A stretch of DNA of 64,000 bases from Bacteroidaceae bacterium (GCA_017480685.1 JAFUSD010000002.1:14287-78286), one strand, 5' to 3'. Positions 27,813-38,685 are shown, counted from the stretch's first letter. Notes: generated from the sequence alone by a model not told the origin. Numbers and translations: made by a program.

Positions 27813-28955
27813 ATGAGCAGCAAAATCAAACATATAGCACTCAGCACCGCGGTCAATGTGAGCCGGATGATAATGGCCGCCACATTGCTCTTTTCTGGCT
27901 TTGTGAAAGCAAACGACCCCATGGGCACCGTCTTCAAACTCCAAGACTATATGTCTGCCTGGGGGATGACAAGCATGCCGGAGGTGGTAATGCTCATTGC
28001 TGCATTGTTCATGGTCCTGATTGAATTCGGGCTGGGAGTCTACTTGTTATTCGGTATGCGCCGACGCATTGTCTCGGTTGTCACACTCTTGTTCATGACG
28101 CTAATGACACTCCTCACTGTATATATAGCGATCTACAACCCTGTGAGCGACTGCGGCTGCTTTGGCGATGCAATAATACTGACTAATACACAGACCCTAC
28201 TAAAAAACATACTGCTGCTGGCATGTGCGTTCATGGTGTTCAGATGGTACAAGCTGCAGATGCCACTAATCAGCCGGCAAATATATTGGATTGTGTCTAC
28301 GCTGGCCATGCTTGCCATCATTTCATTTGCCGTCTATTGCATCTATTCACAACCATTTATCGATTTCAGACCCTACAAGATAGGCTCCGACTTGCGCCAG
28401 AAAGCAACCGTTCCGGCCAGTCAGCGACCGCAGTTTGAAGTAACAATCATATACGAGCGCAACGGAGAAACCCTTGAACTCGGAATCGATGACGACGACC
28501 CCGACGACTCGTGGACATATGTAGAGACACGCCGCAAACAATTGAAGCAAGCCGACATCGACATCATCAACGACTTCTACATGCAAGACGCCGACGGTGA
28601 AGACCTTGCTACCGATATATTGGAAGCCGACGGTTATACTCTGCTGCTCACTGCCCCCGACTTGCTCAGCGCCGACCAAAGCATCATGGGGCTAATCAAC
28701 GATATCTACGACTATGCTTCCGAGGCAGGAGTCAACTTTGTTGCACTCACACCCTCGACCGAAGAAGCACGAAGCCGATGGATAGACTACACAGGCGCTG
28801 AATACTCATTCCTCACTGCCGACGAGCGCACACTCAAGACCATGGTGAGAGGCAACCCGGGCTTGATGCTACTGCACGACGGTGTGGTAAAAGCCAAGTG
28901 GAGTAACTGGAATTTCCCCACGACCGAACAATTAACTGAAATAATAACCAAGTAA
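27813..28955 (+). CDS. DoxX-like membrane protein with a C-terminal thioredoxin-like soluble domain (BT_3928-like)
   Basis: The ORF-track start at 27765 is a TTG inside the previous gene, so I prefer the ATG at 27813 (MSSKIKHIALSTAVNVSRMIMAATLLFSGFVKANDPMG). Four TM helices including the DCGCFG motif, then a soluble domain. Confidence 0.65.
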   Translation: MSSKIKHIALSTAVNVSRMIMAATLLFSGFVKANDPMGTVFKLQDYMSAWGMTSMPEVVMLIAALFMVLIEFGLGVYLLFGMRRRIVSVVTLLFMTLMTLLTVYIAIYNPVSDCGCFGDAIILTNTQTLLKNILLLACAFMVFRWYKLQMPLISRQIYWIVSTLAMLAIISFAVYCIYSQPFIDFRPYKIGSDLRQKATVPASQRPQFEVTIIYERNGETLELGIDDDDPDDSWTYVETRRKQLKQADIDIINDFYMQDADGEDLATDILEADGYTLLLTAPDLLSADQSIMGLINDIYDYASEAGVNFVALTPSTEEARSRWIDYTGAEYSFLTADERTLKTMVRGNPGLMLLHDGVVKAKWSNWNFPTTEQLTEIITK

Positions 28956-28973
28956 CAAACAAAACAAGAAAAC

Positions 28974-29732
28974 ATGAGAAAGAAAATCGTAGCAGGCAAC
29001 TGGAAAATGAACAAGAACCTGCAAGAAGGCGTTGCACTTGCAACCGAACTCAACGAAGTACTGAAAGCAGAGAAAGCAAACTGCGACGTAGTGATTTGCA
29101 CACCATTCATACACCTCGCTACCGTTTCGGGTATCATCGACCACAATGTGCTGGGTCTTGGAGCCGAGAACTGCGCCGACAAGGCATCAGGAGCATTCAC
29201 AGGTGAAGTAAGCGCCGAGATGGTGAAGTCTACCGGAGCAGAATACGTAATACTGGGTCACTCCGAGCGCCGCGAATACTACCACGAGACTCCAGAAATC
29301 CTGAAAGAGAAAGTAGACCTCGCGCTCGCCAACGGTCTCAAGGTCATCTTCTGCATCGGCGAAAGCCTTGCACAGCGCGAAGCTAATGAGCAGAACGCAG
29401 TCGTTAAGGCCGAACTCGAAGGCAGCGTGTTCCACCTCTCGGCCGAAGAGTTTGCCAACATCGTCATCGCCTACGAACCAATCTGGGCAATCGGTACCGG
29501 CAAGACAGCCACAAGCGACCAAGCCGAGGAAATACATGCCTACATCCGCTCAATCATTGCAGGGAAGTATGGACAGACTGTAGCCGACTCTACATCAATC
29601 CTCTACGGAGGGTCATGCAAGGCATCAAATGCCCCCGAACTCTTTGCCAAGCCCGACATCGACGGTGGACTCATCGGAGGTGCATCGCTCAAGGTGGCCG
29701 ACTTCAAGGGCATCATCGATGCTTGGAAATAA
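28974..29732 (+). CDS. tpiA: Triosephosphate isomerase
   Basis: 252-aa ORF with [32 protein letters not shown] and GGASLK. Confidence 0.95.
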   Translation: MRKKIVAGNWKMNKNLQEGVALATELNEVLKAEKANCDVVICTPFIHLATVSGIIDHNVLGLGAENCADKASGAFTGEVSAEMVKSTGAEYVILGHSERREYYHETPEILKEKVDLALANGLKVIFCIGESLAQREANEQNAVVKAELEGSVFHLSAEEFANIVIAYEPIWAIGTGKTATSDQAEEIHAYIRSIIAGKYGQTVADSTSILYGGSCKASNAPELFAKPDIDGGLIGGASLKVADFKGIIDAWK

Positions 29733-29753
29733 GTTTCACCTCAACACTGCAAT

Positions 29754-30320
29754 ATGAAACTATTGACAATCATCATCCTTACATTCATGGCAGCCCTCCC
29801 TGCTGCCATGAATGCACAGGTACGCTTCACCGACAAACTACAGCAGCAGGTGGAGGGAGAGGGAACCATAACCCTTGACCAAGACCCTCTGCTCACCGAC
29901 ATCCTAAATGGCGACATAGTGGTTCCGAGTAATATCGCAACCACCACAAAGGTGTCGGCCATCACCACCGAAACCAAGGTAAGACAAGATGCTGAAGAAA
30001 TGCACGGTAAGGTGTCGGGCATGCATCAGAAGGTGCGCGGCTATCGTGTACAAGTCTATTTTGGAGGCAACCAACGTGCCAACCAGACACAAGCACAGAA
30101 GGTTGGGACACGTGTCACAGGCATGTTTCCGGAACTGAGGGCATACACCACCTTCGAGTCGCCCCACTGGCGCTGCCGAGTAGGCGATTTCATCACATAC
30201 GACGATGCGTCGGCCTACATGCACAAAATCAAAGCCAGGGGCATTGCCGAGGCTATGGTGGTGAAAAGCGAGATATATGTCACCGCCGAACAACTGAAGA
30301 AAGAACAACAGAAGAAATAA
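29754..30320 (+). CDS. SPOR-domain protein
   Basis: 188-aa ORF with a signal peptide and a C-terminal SPOR-like [23 protein letters not shown]...[26 protein letters not shown]. Confidence 0.8.
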   Translation: MKLLTIIILTFMAALPAAMNAQVRFTDKLQQQVEGEGTITLDQDPLLTDILNGDIVVPSNIATTTKVSAITTETKVRQDAEEMHGKVSGMHQKVRGYRVQVYFGGNQRANQTQAQKVGTRVTGMFPELRAYTTFESPHWRCRVGDFITYDDASAYMHKIKARGIAEAMVVKSEIYVTAEQLKKEQQKK

Positions 30321-30907
30321 TGTATATCACTACTTTAGAGGGAAAGCAAGCCGAGATTGAAGCCTTGAAATCAAATGTGGAGACGATGCTCGACATTATT
30401 GGCGAAGACCGGCATCGTGAAGGATTGCAGCGCACCCCCGAACGTGTTGCAAAGAGCCTGCTTCAACTTGTGGGAGGATACAGCGCCGACCCCATCTCCG
30501 TTCTCAATTCGGCCAAATTCACCGAACAATATGCAAAGCCCGTCATAGTGAAGAACATTGAATTCTACTCATTGTGCGAGCATCACATCCTCCCATTCTT
30601 CGGGAAAGTACATATTGCCTATATCCCCGACGGATATATTGTTGGATTAAGCAAGATACCGCGTGTGGTCGACATCTTGTCACACCGCCTGCAGGTGCAG
30701 GAGCGCTTCACACGCGAGATATGCCAGTGCATACAAGGCGCCCTTCAGCCACGTGGTGTCATGGTGGCAGTAGAGGCGCAGCACATGTGTATGCAGATGA
30801 GGGGAATAGAGAAGCAAGGTGCTGTGACGGTCACTTACGACTATACCGGCGAATATCAAGACGAGTCCTTGCGCAACGAATTCCTCAAGGCACTAAAAGC
30901 CCTCTGA
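30320..30907 (+). CDS. folE: GTP cyclohydrolase I
   Basis: 195-aa [35 protein letters not shown] and LQVQERFT are canonical FolE motifs. The start overlaps the previous stop (TAATG). Confidence 0.95.
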   Translation: MYITTLEGKQAEIEALKSNVETMLDIIGEDRHREGLQRTPERVAKSLLQLVGGYSADPISVLNSAKFTEQYAKPVIVKNIEFYSLCEHHILPFFGKVHIAYIPDGYIVGLSKIPRVVDILSHRLQVQERFTREICQCIQGALQPRGVMVAVEAQHMCMQMRGIEKQGAVTVTYDYTGEYQDESLRNEFLKALKAL

Positions 30908-30941
30908 TTAACACCCTCCCCCCCCCACACACACTACTATC

Positions 30942-33026
30942 ATGATATCTCCTGCTACCATAGAACGCATTCGCAGTGCTGCCAACATAGTCGATGTGGT
31001 GTCAGAATATGTCACCCTGCGACGTGCCGGCTCCAGTTTCCGTGGGCTCTGCCCCTTCCACGACGACACTACCCCCTCTTTCTCTGTATCTCCTGCACGT
31101 GGCATCTGTAAGTGCTTTGCTTGCGGCGAGGGGGGCGACGTTGTAGGCTTCATCATGAAGCAGGAACAGCTGGGATACTACGATGCCCTCAAGTTCCTTG
31201 CCAAGAAATATGGCATCGAAGTAGAGGAACGCGACCTCACGCCCGAGGAGCGGCGCTCGCAAAGTGAGCGCGAGAGCATGTATGCCGTCAACGAATGGGC
31301 CAGCCAATACTTCCACAACACACTGCTCAACACCGAGGAAGGGCAGACCATAGGCCTTGCCTATTGTCGGAGTCGTGGTTTTCGCGACGACATCATCAGC
31401 CGCTTCCGCCTCGGCTTTTCTCCTTCAACCTACGATGCAATGTCGGCCGCTGCCTTGAAAGAAGGTTATAAGGAGGAGTATCTTCTCAAGACCGGACTCT
31501 CCTACAAGCGCGAGGGCGGCTCCCTCTACGACAAATACCATGGCCGCGTCATCTTCCCGTGGTTCGGAATCAGCGGCAAGATCGTGGGATTTGGCGGCCG
31601 TGTGCTCGATGCACGCACCAAGGGTGTAAACCAGAAGTATATCAATTCGGCCGAGTCGGAGATATATCACAAAGCCAAAGAACTATACGGACTCTTCCAA
31701 GCCAAGAAAGCCATCGCTCGCGAACACAATGTTTTCATGGTCGAAGGCTACACCGATGTCATATCGATGCATCAGTGTGGCATTGAGAACGTGGTGGCCA
31801 ATTCGGGCACAGCTCTCAGCGAAGACCAAATCAGCATACTCCACCGCTTCACCAACAACATCACCCTGCTCTACGACGGCGATACAGCCGGACAGAAGGC
31901 TGCACTGCGCGGAACCGACATGCTCCTGGCACGAGGCATGCGCATCAAGATTCTCCTGCTGCCCGACGGCGACGACCCCGACTCCTTTGCACGCAAACAC
32001 AGTGCAGCCCAGTTCCGAGAGTATGTAGACACACATCAAGTCGACTTCATAACATTCAAGACCAACCTGCTCAAACACGACGCAGCCGACGACCCCGACC
32101 GCATGTCAGACCTCATACGCAGCATTGTGGAATCTATCGCGGTGGTGCCTGAGGAGATTGAGCGCTCGGTTTATGTGCACCGTTGCAGCGAGATACTTCA
32201 GGTCGACGAAAAGATGTTGCTTCGCGAAGTGGCACGCACCCGCAAACGCAACTGGGAGCAGAAGTTGCGCGAGAAAGAGAATGCCGAGAATCGTCGCCGG
32301 ATGCTCGATGAAAGCCAGGCTCCCACAAATTCCGCCACTGCCGGCGATGAACAGGGTGTCTCCCAAGATGTCTCCTCGTCATCTCCCGACAGTGACAGTG
32401 GTGGCAGTGCTCTGGGTCCTACCCATTCAGGGCAGCCGAAACCTGCTGGTGCAGTGGCATCAGTGGCAACCACAGATGCCGAGACTGTCGAAGAACGTAA
32501 ACTTCATGCCATAGAAGGACTTATACTCCAGCAGATTATACGATATCCACATGTGCAAATCAGCTCAACCGAGGCATCAGAAGCAGCCACCACCACCTTC
32601 ACTAAATATGTAGCCGACCAGTTGACCGCACTTTCAGTCACATTCCAGACACCCCTCTATCGCGACATGTTCGACGCCCTCTGCCAAGGCGGAGAAGCCG
32701 CCAGCAGCAACCCCGCGCAGTTTTTCCTCAACAGCAGCCAGCCCCGTTTCAACAGCGTGGCGGCAAGCATGCTGAGCGACCAGTACATGCTCTCGTCGCG
32801 CGATACCGACGAAGACCCGTCACTTTGTGTCGAACAGATGAAACGCCTGATGCTCGACTACAAAAACCTCATCATCACCATCGAGATAAAACGGGTGATG
32901 GAGCAACTCAACAGTCCCGAAGTGCTCGCCGACAGCCAGAAACTCATGTCGCTAATGCGCCGTCAGATGGAACTTACACAGCAGAAGCAACAACTGACAA
33001 ACCAAGGAAAGACATTGCCACACTGA
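30942..33026 (+). CDS. dnaG: DNA primase
   Basis: 694-aa ORF. Zinc ribbon CPFHDDTTPSFSVSPARGICKCFACGEGGD and TOPRIM region VFMVEGYTDVISMHQCG...LLYDGDTAGQKAA. Confidence 0.93.
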   Translation: MISPATIERIRSAANIVDVVSEYVTLRRAGSSFRGLCPFHDDTTPSFSVSPARGICKCFACGEGGDVVGFIMKQEQLGYYDALKFLAKKYGIEVEERDLTPEERRSQSERESMYAVNEWASQYFHNTLLNTEEGQTIGLAYCRSRGFRDDIISRFRLGFSPSTYDAMSAAALKEGYKEEYLLKTGLSYKREGGSLYDKYHGRVIFPWFGISGKIVGFGGRVLDARTKGVNQKYINSAESEIYHKAKELYGLFQAKKAIAREHNVFMVEGYTDVISMHQCGIENVVANSGTALSEDQISILHRFTNNITLLYDGDTAGQKAALRGTDMLLARGMRIKILLLPDGDDPDSFARKHSAAQFREYVDTHQVDFITFKTNLLKHDAADDPDRMSDLIRSIVESIAVVPEEIERSVYVHRCSEILQVDEKMLLREVARTRKRNWEQKLREKENAENRRRMLDESQAPTNSATAGDEQGVSQDVSSSSPDSDSGGSALGPTHSGQPKPAGAVASVATTDAETVEERKLHAIEGLILQQIIRYPHVQISSTEASEAATTTFTKYVADQLTALSVTFQTPLYRDMFDALCQGGEAASSNPAQFFLNSSQPRFNSVAASMLSDQYMLSSRDTDEDPSLCVEQMKRLMLDYKNLIITIEIKRVMEQLNSPEVLADSQKLMSLMRRQMELTQQKQQLTNQGKTLPH

Positions 33027-33132
33027 GCCCCTCTTCTCCCGCCCACAGCAATGCTTCGCCTCCTGGCAAAAGCTCTATAACGAATGTCGTTCAGGCGCGG
33101 CATACACCTTCTCTTATTTTTTTCGCGCGTGT

Positions 33133-33233
33133 GAGAATATCCTCGCGGGCTGTTGAGGATATCCTCGCGGGCTGTTGAGGATATCCTTGCGGGCTGTTGA
33201 GGATATCCTCGCAGTGTGCCAGAGGATATCGAT
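33133..33233 (+). repeat. 22-bp tandem array, GAGGATATCCTC-core family, ~4.5 units
   Basis: gagaatatcctcgcgggctgtt / gaggatatcctcgcgggctgtt / gaggatatccttgcgggctgtt / gaggatatcctcgcagtgtgcca / gaggatatcgat. Lies between the dnaG stop and the pyrE promoter. Confidence 0.95.
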
Positions 33234-33372
33234 TGTTGCAGTGTTTTCCGTATCATCAAACTGACCCTCCATTTTCTCTTCTTTATACACGACGTAACCA
33301 TCATAATGAGCAAAATCAGAGTGTTGTTGCAGTTTTATAGGACAAAAGGAGGGCGGAATGAAAACAAATTTG

Positions 33373-33380
33373 TATCTTTG
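33373..33380 (+). promoter_or_regulatory. -7 promoter box TATCTTTG upstream of pyrE
   Basis: aatttgTATCTTTGcacatc, 36 nt upstream of the pyrE ATG. Confidence 0.55.
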
Positions 33381-33415
33381 CACATCAAAATAAATCTATA
33401 AATCGTAAATAAAAT

Positions 33416-34057
33416 ATGATGACGACTACTCTCTCAACTATGTTTGCAGCCAAGTTGCTCGACGTGAAAGCCATAAAGCTGCAACCCGACGACCCGTTCA
33501 CATGGGCATCGGGCTGGAAATCTCCGTTCTATTGCGACAACCGCAAGACGCTGTCGTATCCTGCCCTGCGCTCGTTTGTCAAGACCGAACTCACCCGACT
33601 CGTCATGGAAGAGTTTCCCGAGGCAACAGCGGTGGCAGGCGTGGCAACCGGAGCCATAGCTCAAGGAGCACTGGTGGCCGACCAGCTGGGCATGCCTTTC
33701 GCCTACGTGCGCTCTAAACCCAAGGACCACGGAATGGGCAACCTCATCGAGGGCACACTGCCCGAAGGCTCGAAAGTAATCGTCGTTGAAGACCTCATAT
33801 CCACCGGCGGCAGCAGCCTGAAGGCCGTAGAGGCATTGCGTCAGGCAGGATTCGAGGTAGTAGGCATGGTGGCCAGCTACACCTACGGATTTCCCGTGGC
33901 AGAGCAGGCATTCAGCGATGCAAACGTACGCCTGGTGACACTCACCAACTACGAAGCAGTGCTCCAGGTAGCATTGCAGACGGGCTACATCACTGCCGAC
34001 CAGATACCGACTCTCAACGAGTGGCGCAGCAATCCGGCTGAGTGGAAGGGAAAGTAG
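33416..34057 (+). CDS. pyrE: Orotate phosphoribosyltransferase
   Basis: 213-aa ORF with the PRPP-binding loop VIVVEDLISTGGSS and N-terminal FTWASGWKSPFYCDNR. Confidence 0.93.
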   Translation: MMTTTLSTMFAAKLLDVKAIKLQPDDPFTWASGWKSPFYCDNRKTLSYPALRSFVKTELTRLVMEEFPEATAVAGVATGAIAQGALVADQLGMPFAYVRSKPKDHGMGNLIEGTLPEGSKVIVVEDLISTGGSSLKAVEALRQAGFEVVGMVASYTYGFPVAEQAFSDANVRLVTLTNYEAVLQVALQTGYITADQIPTLNEWRSNPAEWKGK

Positions 34058-34320
34058 AAGGGGAACCCCTCTCTTATCTCCCCCAAGGGGAGAGGATACC
34101 ATCCGGATGGATAAAGCTCCTCCCCTTCGGGGAGGCGGGGGAGAGGTTAAAGGGAATAGAAGGGGAGTTAAAGGGAAGTTAAAGGGACGAATGTCACCAT
34201 CCGGGGAGAAGACCCCCTCCCCCTGCGAGTACTCCCCCTTTCAGGTGGGAGAGTCCATCCGGATGGAAATAACCTCCCCTAACCCCTCCCAAGGAGGGGA
34301 ATTCCATCCGGATGGTAATA
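34058..34320. repeat. GC-rich mosaic hairpin element, family copy B (largest): three CCATCCGGATGG palindromes plus several G5/C5 stem-loops
   Basis: Contains ctcccc-caa-ggggag, cctcccc-ttcg-ggggagg and cccctcc-caa-ggagggg hairpins. ccatccggatgg appears at ~34094, ~34253 and ~34300. gttaaaggga occurs x3. It starts right at the pyrE stop. Confidence 0.85.
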
Positions 34321-34330
34321 ACCAAATAAT

Positions 34331-34415
34331 TAAATAGTACATAAATCGTAAATAGTAAATCGTCAAATCGTAAATAACAATAAATCGTAAAATCGTAAAT
34401 CCCATAGGTTCCTAT
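34331..34415. repeat. AAAT(C/A)GT heptamer tract (AT-rich family), about 9 units
   Basis: taaatagtacataaatcgtaaatagtaaatcgtcaaatcgtaaataacaataaatcgtaaaatcgtaaatcccatagg. Confidence 0.85.
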
Positions 34416-34437
34416 CCATTCCTAAAACAATAATACC

Positions 34438-37338
34438 ATGAAACGAACATGCATCTTGTTTGCAGCAATGTGTCTGTACACACTTGCATTTGCTGCACCC
34501 TCGGCGAACTATCAGCTCATCATCTCACTGACCGATGGTGGCAAGTTGACCTACCACCTAAGCGACCAGCCGAAACTGCTCTGGGAGGGCGACTCGCTCT
34601 ATGTGAGCGCAGTCGGAAACAAGATAGAAAGCATGACGCGCAAGGGCCTGCGCAGCCTGCAGTTCATAGCAAACGAGGAACCTGCACCAAGCCCCGACGA
34701 TGTGAACGGTGACGGACAAACCGACACGCAAGACGTGCTGTCGGTCTATGAATACATGCAGAGCGGCAACAGCCCGCAAGCCGAACGACTCGACGTGAAT
34801 GGCGACGGGACGGTCGATACACAGGATGTGCTGCACATCTACGAATCGATGATGACTGCCGAAGCACCGGCAAGGGCCGGCAATGCTCCCGACCAGATGG
34901 TAGTGGTCACCACCCGGGGTAACCTCGTGGCATACACCATCACGAGTGCTACGGCACTGAACTACAGCACAGCCACCGACACCATCACCATAGGCAACGG
35001 TGTGGAACTGGCTACATACGAATGTGGCGAGATAAAGCAGATATACTTCGACAACAAGGCATCGGTGGATGCCGACCCATACATCGTACCCACAACCGAC
35101 GACTACATCAACCCCAACCTCGTCGATCCTGAAAAGACAGCGTATGAAGTCGTACAACTCGACACCACGCTCTGTCGCGCACGCATAAGGTTTGAAGGCG
35201 ATGCGCCGCAGATGTATGTCGGTCAAATCTACATATCACACACCGACAGCATCCACCTGGGCATGTATCTGCTCACCTTCGACCCCGTCGACAGCCATCA
35301 GGTCGATATCCGCTACCGCCCGGCTCAACTGCAAGAGATGGTGTATAACTGCGAAATAACCCTGAGCTCGTTCCCCTGTGGCGACAGCTACTTCGACAGC
35401 AACGAGGCCTACGTGAAGTTGCGCGACACACGCCGGCGTGAGGAAGGTGTCAACTTCGACCAGTTTGAATCGCTCGAACCGGTGAAGGTGATAAAACAAG
35501 TGGCCGACATATTCAAAAACAGCGGTTTCAGCTTCGGCAGCGACTACTCTACAGAACTGGGAGTGGAACTGAAAGTGCTTGTGGGCGAACCCAAGACACA
35601 AGAAAACTGGATACGAGAAATAGCATCAAAACTGGAATACGTAGGACTCGTCTTCAGAGGCAAGCAGACGATAACCAGCAAAAGCAAAGTCAAGATCGAA
35701 GCAGGAATCGAACTGCCCGACATAGACAGGCAGATATCGCCCGACCTGTTCACACACCATCAGTATTTCCAGGTGGGGCCGGCTCCGGTCGTGCTTTCGT
35801 ATGATGCATCGATATGGGCTATGCTGAAATCCGAACTGAAAATACAAATGATGTCGGCAGTGACCGTGACCGAAGGATGCGAAATAGCAATCGGAGCCGA
35901 ATACGATGCAGCAAAAGGTACCCTCTCGCCCATCAACAGCGTGAAATACACATACAAAATCGATGACAATCAAATCGATGTACTCAACGGACACGCACAC
36001 TTCCGCGCATCGCCCTATCTGAGGCTCAACCTGTATCTGTATCTGGTGCTCGGATTCCATATCGACATCATGCCATTCCTCGACGGGACATTCGACGGCA
36101 TGATGTACAACAACAAACCATTCTGGCAAGGCAGCATCGACATGGGACTCAACTTCCGTGCAGGATTCTTTGTAGAAGGACCACGATTCAACTTCGTAAA
36201 GCGCGACGACAACAGCAAGATGCCTATCGACCAGATATCTTACACCTCGCCCGACCTCATACGCAAAAACATAATTCACTATCCCGACACAATGGTCGAT
36301 ATCGACTCGCTGAAACGTGAATATGCCGCCTACGACACCAGCAGCAGTTTCCGTTTCAAGACCTACGGACGAATACACCCCGAGAGCAATATAAGCAAAT
36401 TGTGGGAATCGACCGGCAGCTCATCGGTGAACCAGCAGTGCTTGAGCGACTTCCCATACGAAGAGTGGCAGAGCGTGAACCCCGAAGACCTCGTAATCGA
36501 GACCGGAGGTGATGAGGGTGATGATGGCGACTACAATGTTATATACACCAAGGTACGCAACCGTATGCCTGCCAAGATACGGGCTATGTTGCCACAACTG
36601 CCACATGCACCCATCATCAGGGTGAAACGCAAGATAGAACCATCAAGCCAACTGAGGCCTATAGGTCCGTCGTGGGCTACACAAGCTGGCGATGATGGCA
36701 TAATCAACACCACATTTACCTCGCCAGTACCGCTCGGATACCGCACCGTGCTGCGCACCAGCCTGCTCGACGGAGAAGGCAACCCGCTGCTCGATATGGA
36801 CCGCGAAATGCCGTGGGAAATCCAGAACTACGATGCCGCCATTTCCGGCACAATGGGATTCTCGGGCACCATAGAATATCGCAACGGAGGAAAGCACATA
36901 CACGAAGTGGAGCACATCGATGGAGGTACGCTGGAATACACGTGGAACGGCACCGACACCCACATGAAGATGTCGATACAAGGTATGCAGATGGAATACA
37001 CCTACAAAGGCGAATTCATCTGCCCGATAGCCGCCATAATGGGCTACAACGTAAACCACAACCCTGGAGTCTTCATCAGCGACATACAAGAGTATGACGT
37101 GATGCGATGGATGAACAAAGAACTGGGAGTGGAATTCCCTGGCATCAGTTTCGGCGAGACATTCTATCTGGGACATGATTGCAAGACCCTGCGCGAGGTG
37201 ACCCCCGAAGGAAGCGGCACGACGGTGATGTATCAAAACCTCATCTTAAGGCTGCTCTCGACGGAAGGCGATATGAACGTGACGAGCCTCAAGATATACG
37301 ACGAGATAGAAAACCCGATAACCATTACCCGACATTGA
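34438..37338 (+). CDS. Large secreted protein of unknown function with an N-proximal dockerin-type duplicated Ca-binding repeat
   Basis: 966-aa ORF with signal peptide MKRTCILFAAMCLYTLAFA. DVNGDGQTDTQDVLSVYEYM and DVNGDGTVDTQDVLHIYESM lie 11 residues apart (nt ~34696-34860). I recognise no domain in the rest. Confidence 0.7.
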   Translation: MKRTCILFAAMCLYTLAFAAPSANYQLIISLTDGGKLTYHLSDQPKLLWEGDSLYVSAVGNKIESMTRKGLRSLQFIANEEPAPSPDDVNGDGQTDTQDVLSVYEYMQSGNSPQAERLDVNGDGTVDTQDVLHIYESMMTAEAPARAGNAPDQMVVVTTRGNLVAYTITSATALNYSTATDTITIGNGVELATYECGEIKQIYFDNKASVDADPYIVPTTDDYINPNLVDPEKTAYEVVQLDTTLCRARIRFEGDAPQMYVGQIYISHTDSIHLGMYLLTFDPVDSHQVDIRYRPAQLQEMVYNCEITLSSFPCGDSYFDSNEAYVKLRDTRRREEGVNFDQFESLEPVKVIKQVADIFKNSGFSFGSDYSTELGVELKVLVGEPKTQENWIREIASKLEYVGLVFRGKQTITSKSKVKIEAGIELPDIDRQISPDLFTHHQYFQVGPAPVVLSYDASIWAMLKSELKIQMMSAVTVTEGCEIAIGAEYDAAKGTLSPINSVKYTYKIDDNQIDVLNGHAHFRASPYLRLNLYLYLVLGFHIDIMPFLDGTFDGMMYNNKPFWQGSIDMGLNFRAGFFVEGPRFNFVKRDDNSKMPIDQISYTSPDLIRKNIIHYPDTMVDIDSLKREYAAYDTSSSFRFKTYGRIHPESNISKLWESTGSSSVNQQCLSDFPYEEWQSVNPEDLVIETGGDEGDDGDYNVIYTKVRNRMPAKIRAMLPQLPHAPIIRVKRKIEPSSQLRPIGPSWATQAGDDGIINTTFTSPVPLGYRTVLRTSLLDGEGNPLLDMDREMPWEIQNYDAAISGTMGFSGTIEYRNGGKHIHEVEHIDGGTLEYTWNGTDTHMKMSIQGMQMEYTYKGEFICPIAAIMGYNVNHNPGVFISDIQEYDVMRWMNKELGVEFPGISFGETFYLGHDCKTLREVTPEGSGTTVMYQNLILRLLSTEGDMNVTSLKIYDEIENPITITRH

Positions 37339-37346
37339 TTGACATA

Positions 37347-37386
37347 AAATCAGGGCTGATGCCAAAAGCGGTATCAGCCCTGATTT
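37347..37386. terminator. Bidirectional intrinsic terminator between convergent genes
   Basis: aaatcagggctgat-(11 nt)-atcagccctgattt with A/T runs on both sides. Confidence 0.75.
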
Positions 37387-37433
37387 GTCATGATGAGGAA
37401 TGTATAGCAGTCGGTATTATAGCAATGCAATGA

Positions 37434-38591
<1,158 letters not shown>

Positions 38592-38677
38592 TTAAGTTAA
38601 TACTTTCTTATAATATCACAGTTATTTTATAATATCGAGGATTTGTCGGTATGAACAAACGACGGGTCATCGTGCTG

Positions 38678-38685
38678 CAAAATTA
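38678..38685 (-). promoter_or_regulatory. -7 promoter box TAATTTTG upstream of the 37434-38579 esterase
   Basis: The minus strand reads aaattacTAATTTTGcagcac about 100 nt upstream of the ATG at 38579. Confidence 0.4.

Noticed and set aside
34107-34337. 76-aa ORF (MDKAPPLRGGGGEVKG...) and the 224-aa antisense ORF 43095-43769 inside or through the GC-rich hairpin elements
   Set aside because: They have low-complexity G/E/P/L composition dictated by the G5/C5 hairpins. The 43095-43769 ORF is antisense to a better-supported gene (43170-43640). There is no promoter or start context. I treat them as non-coding.
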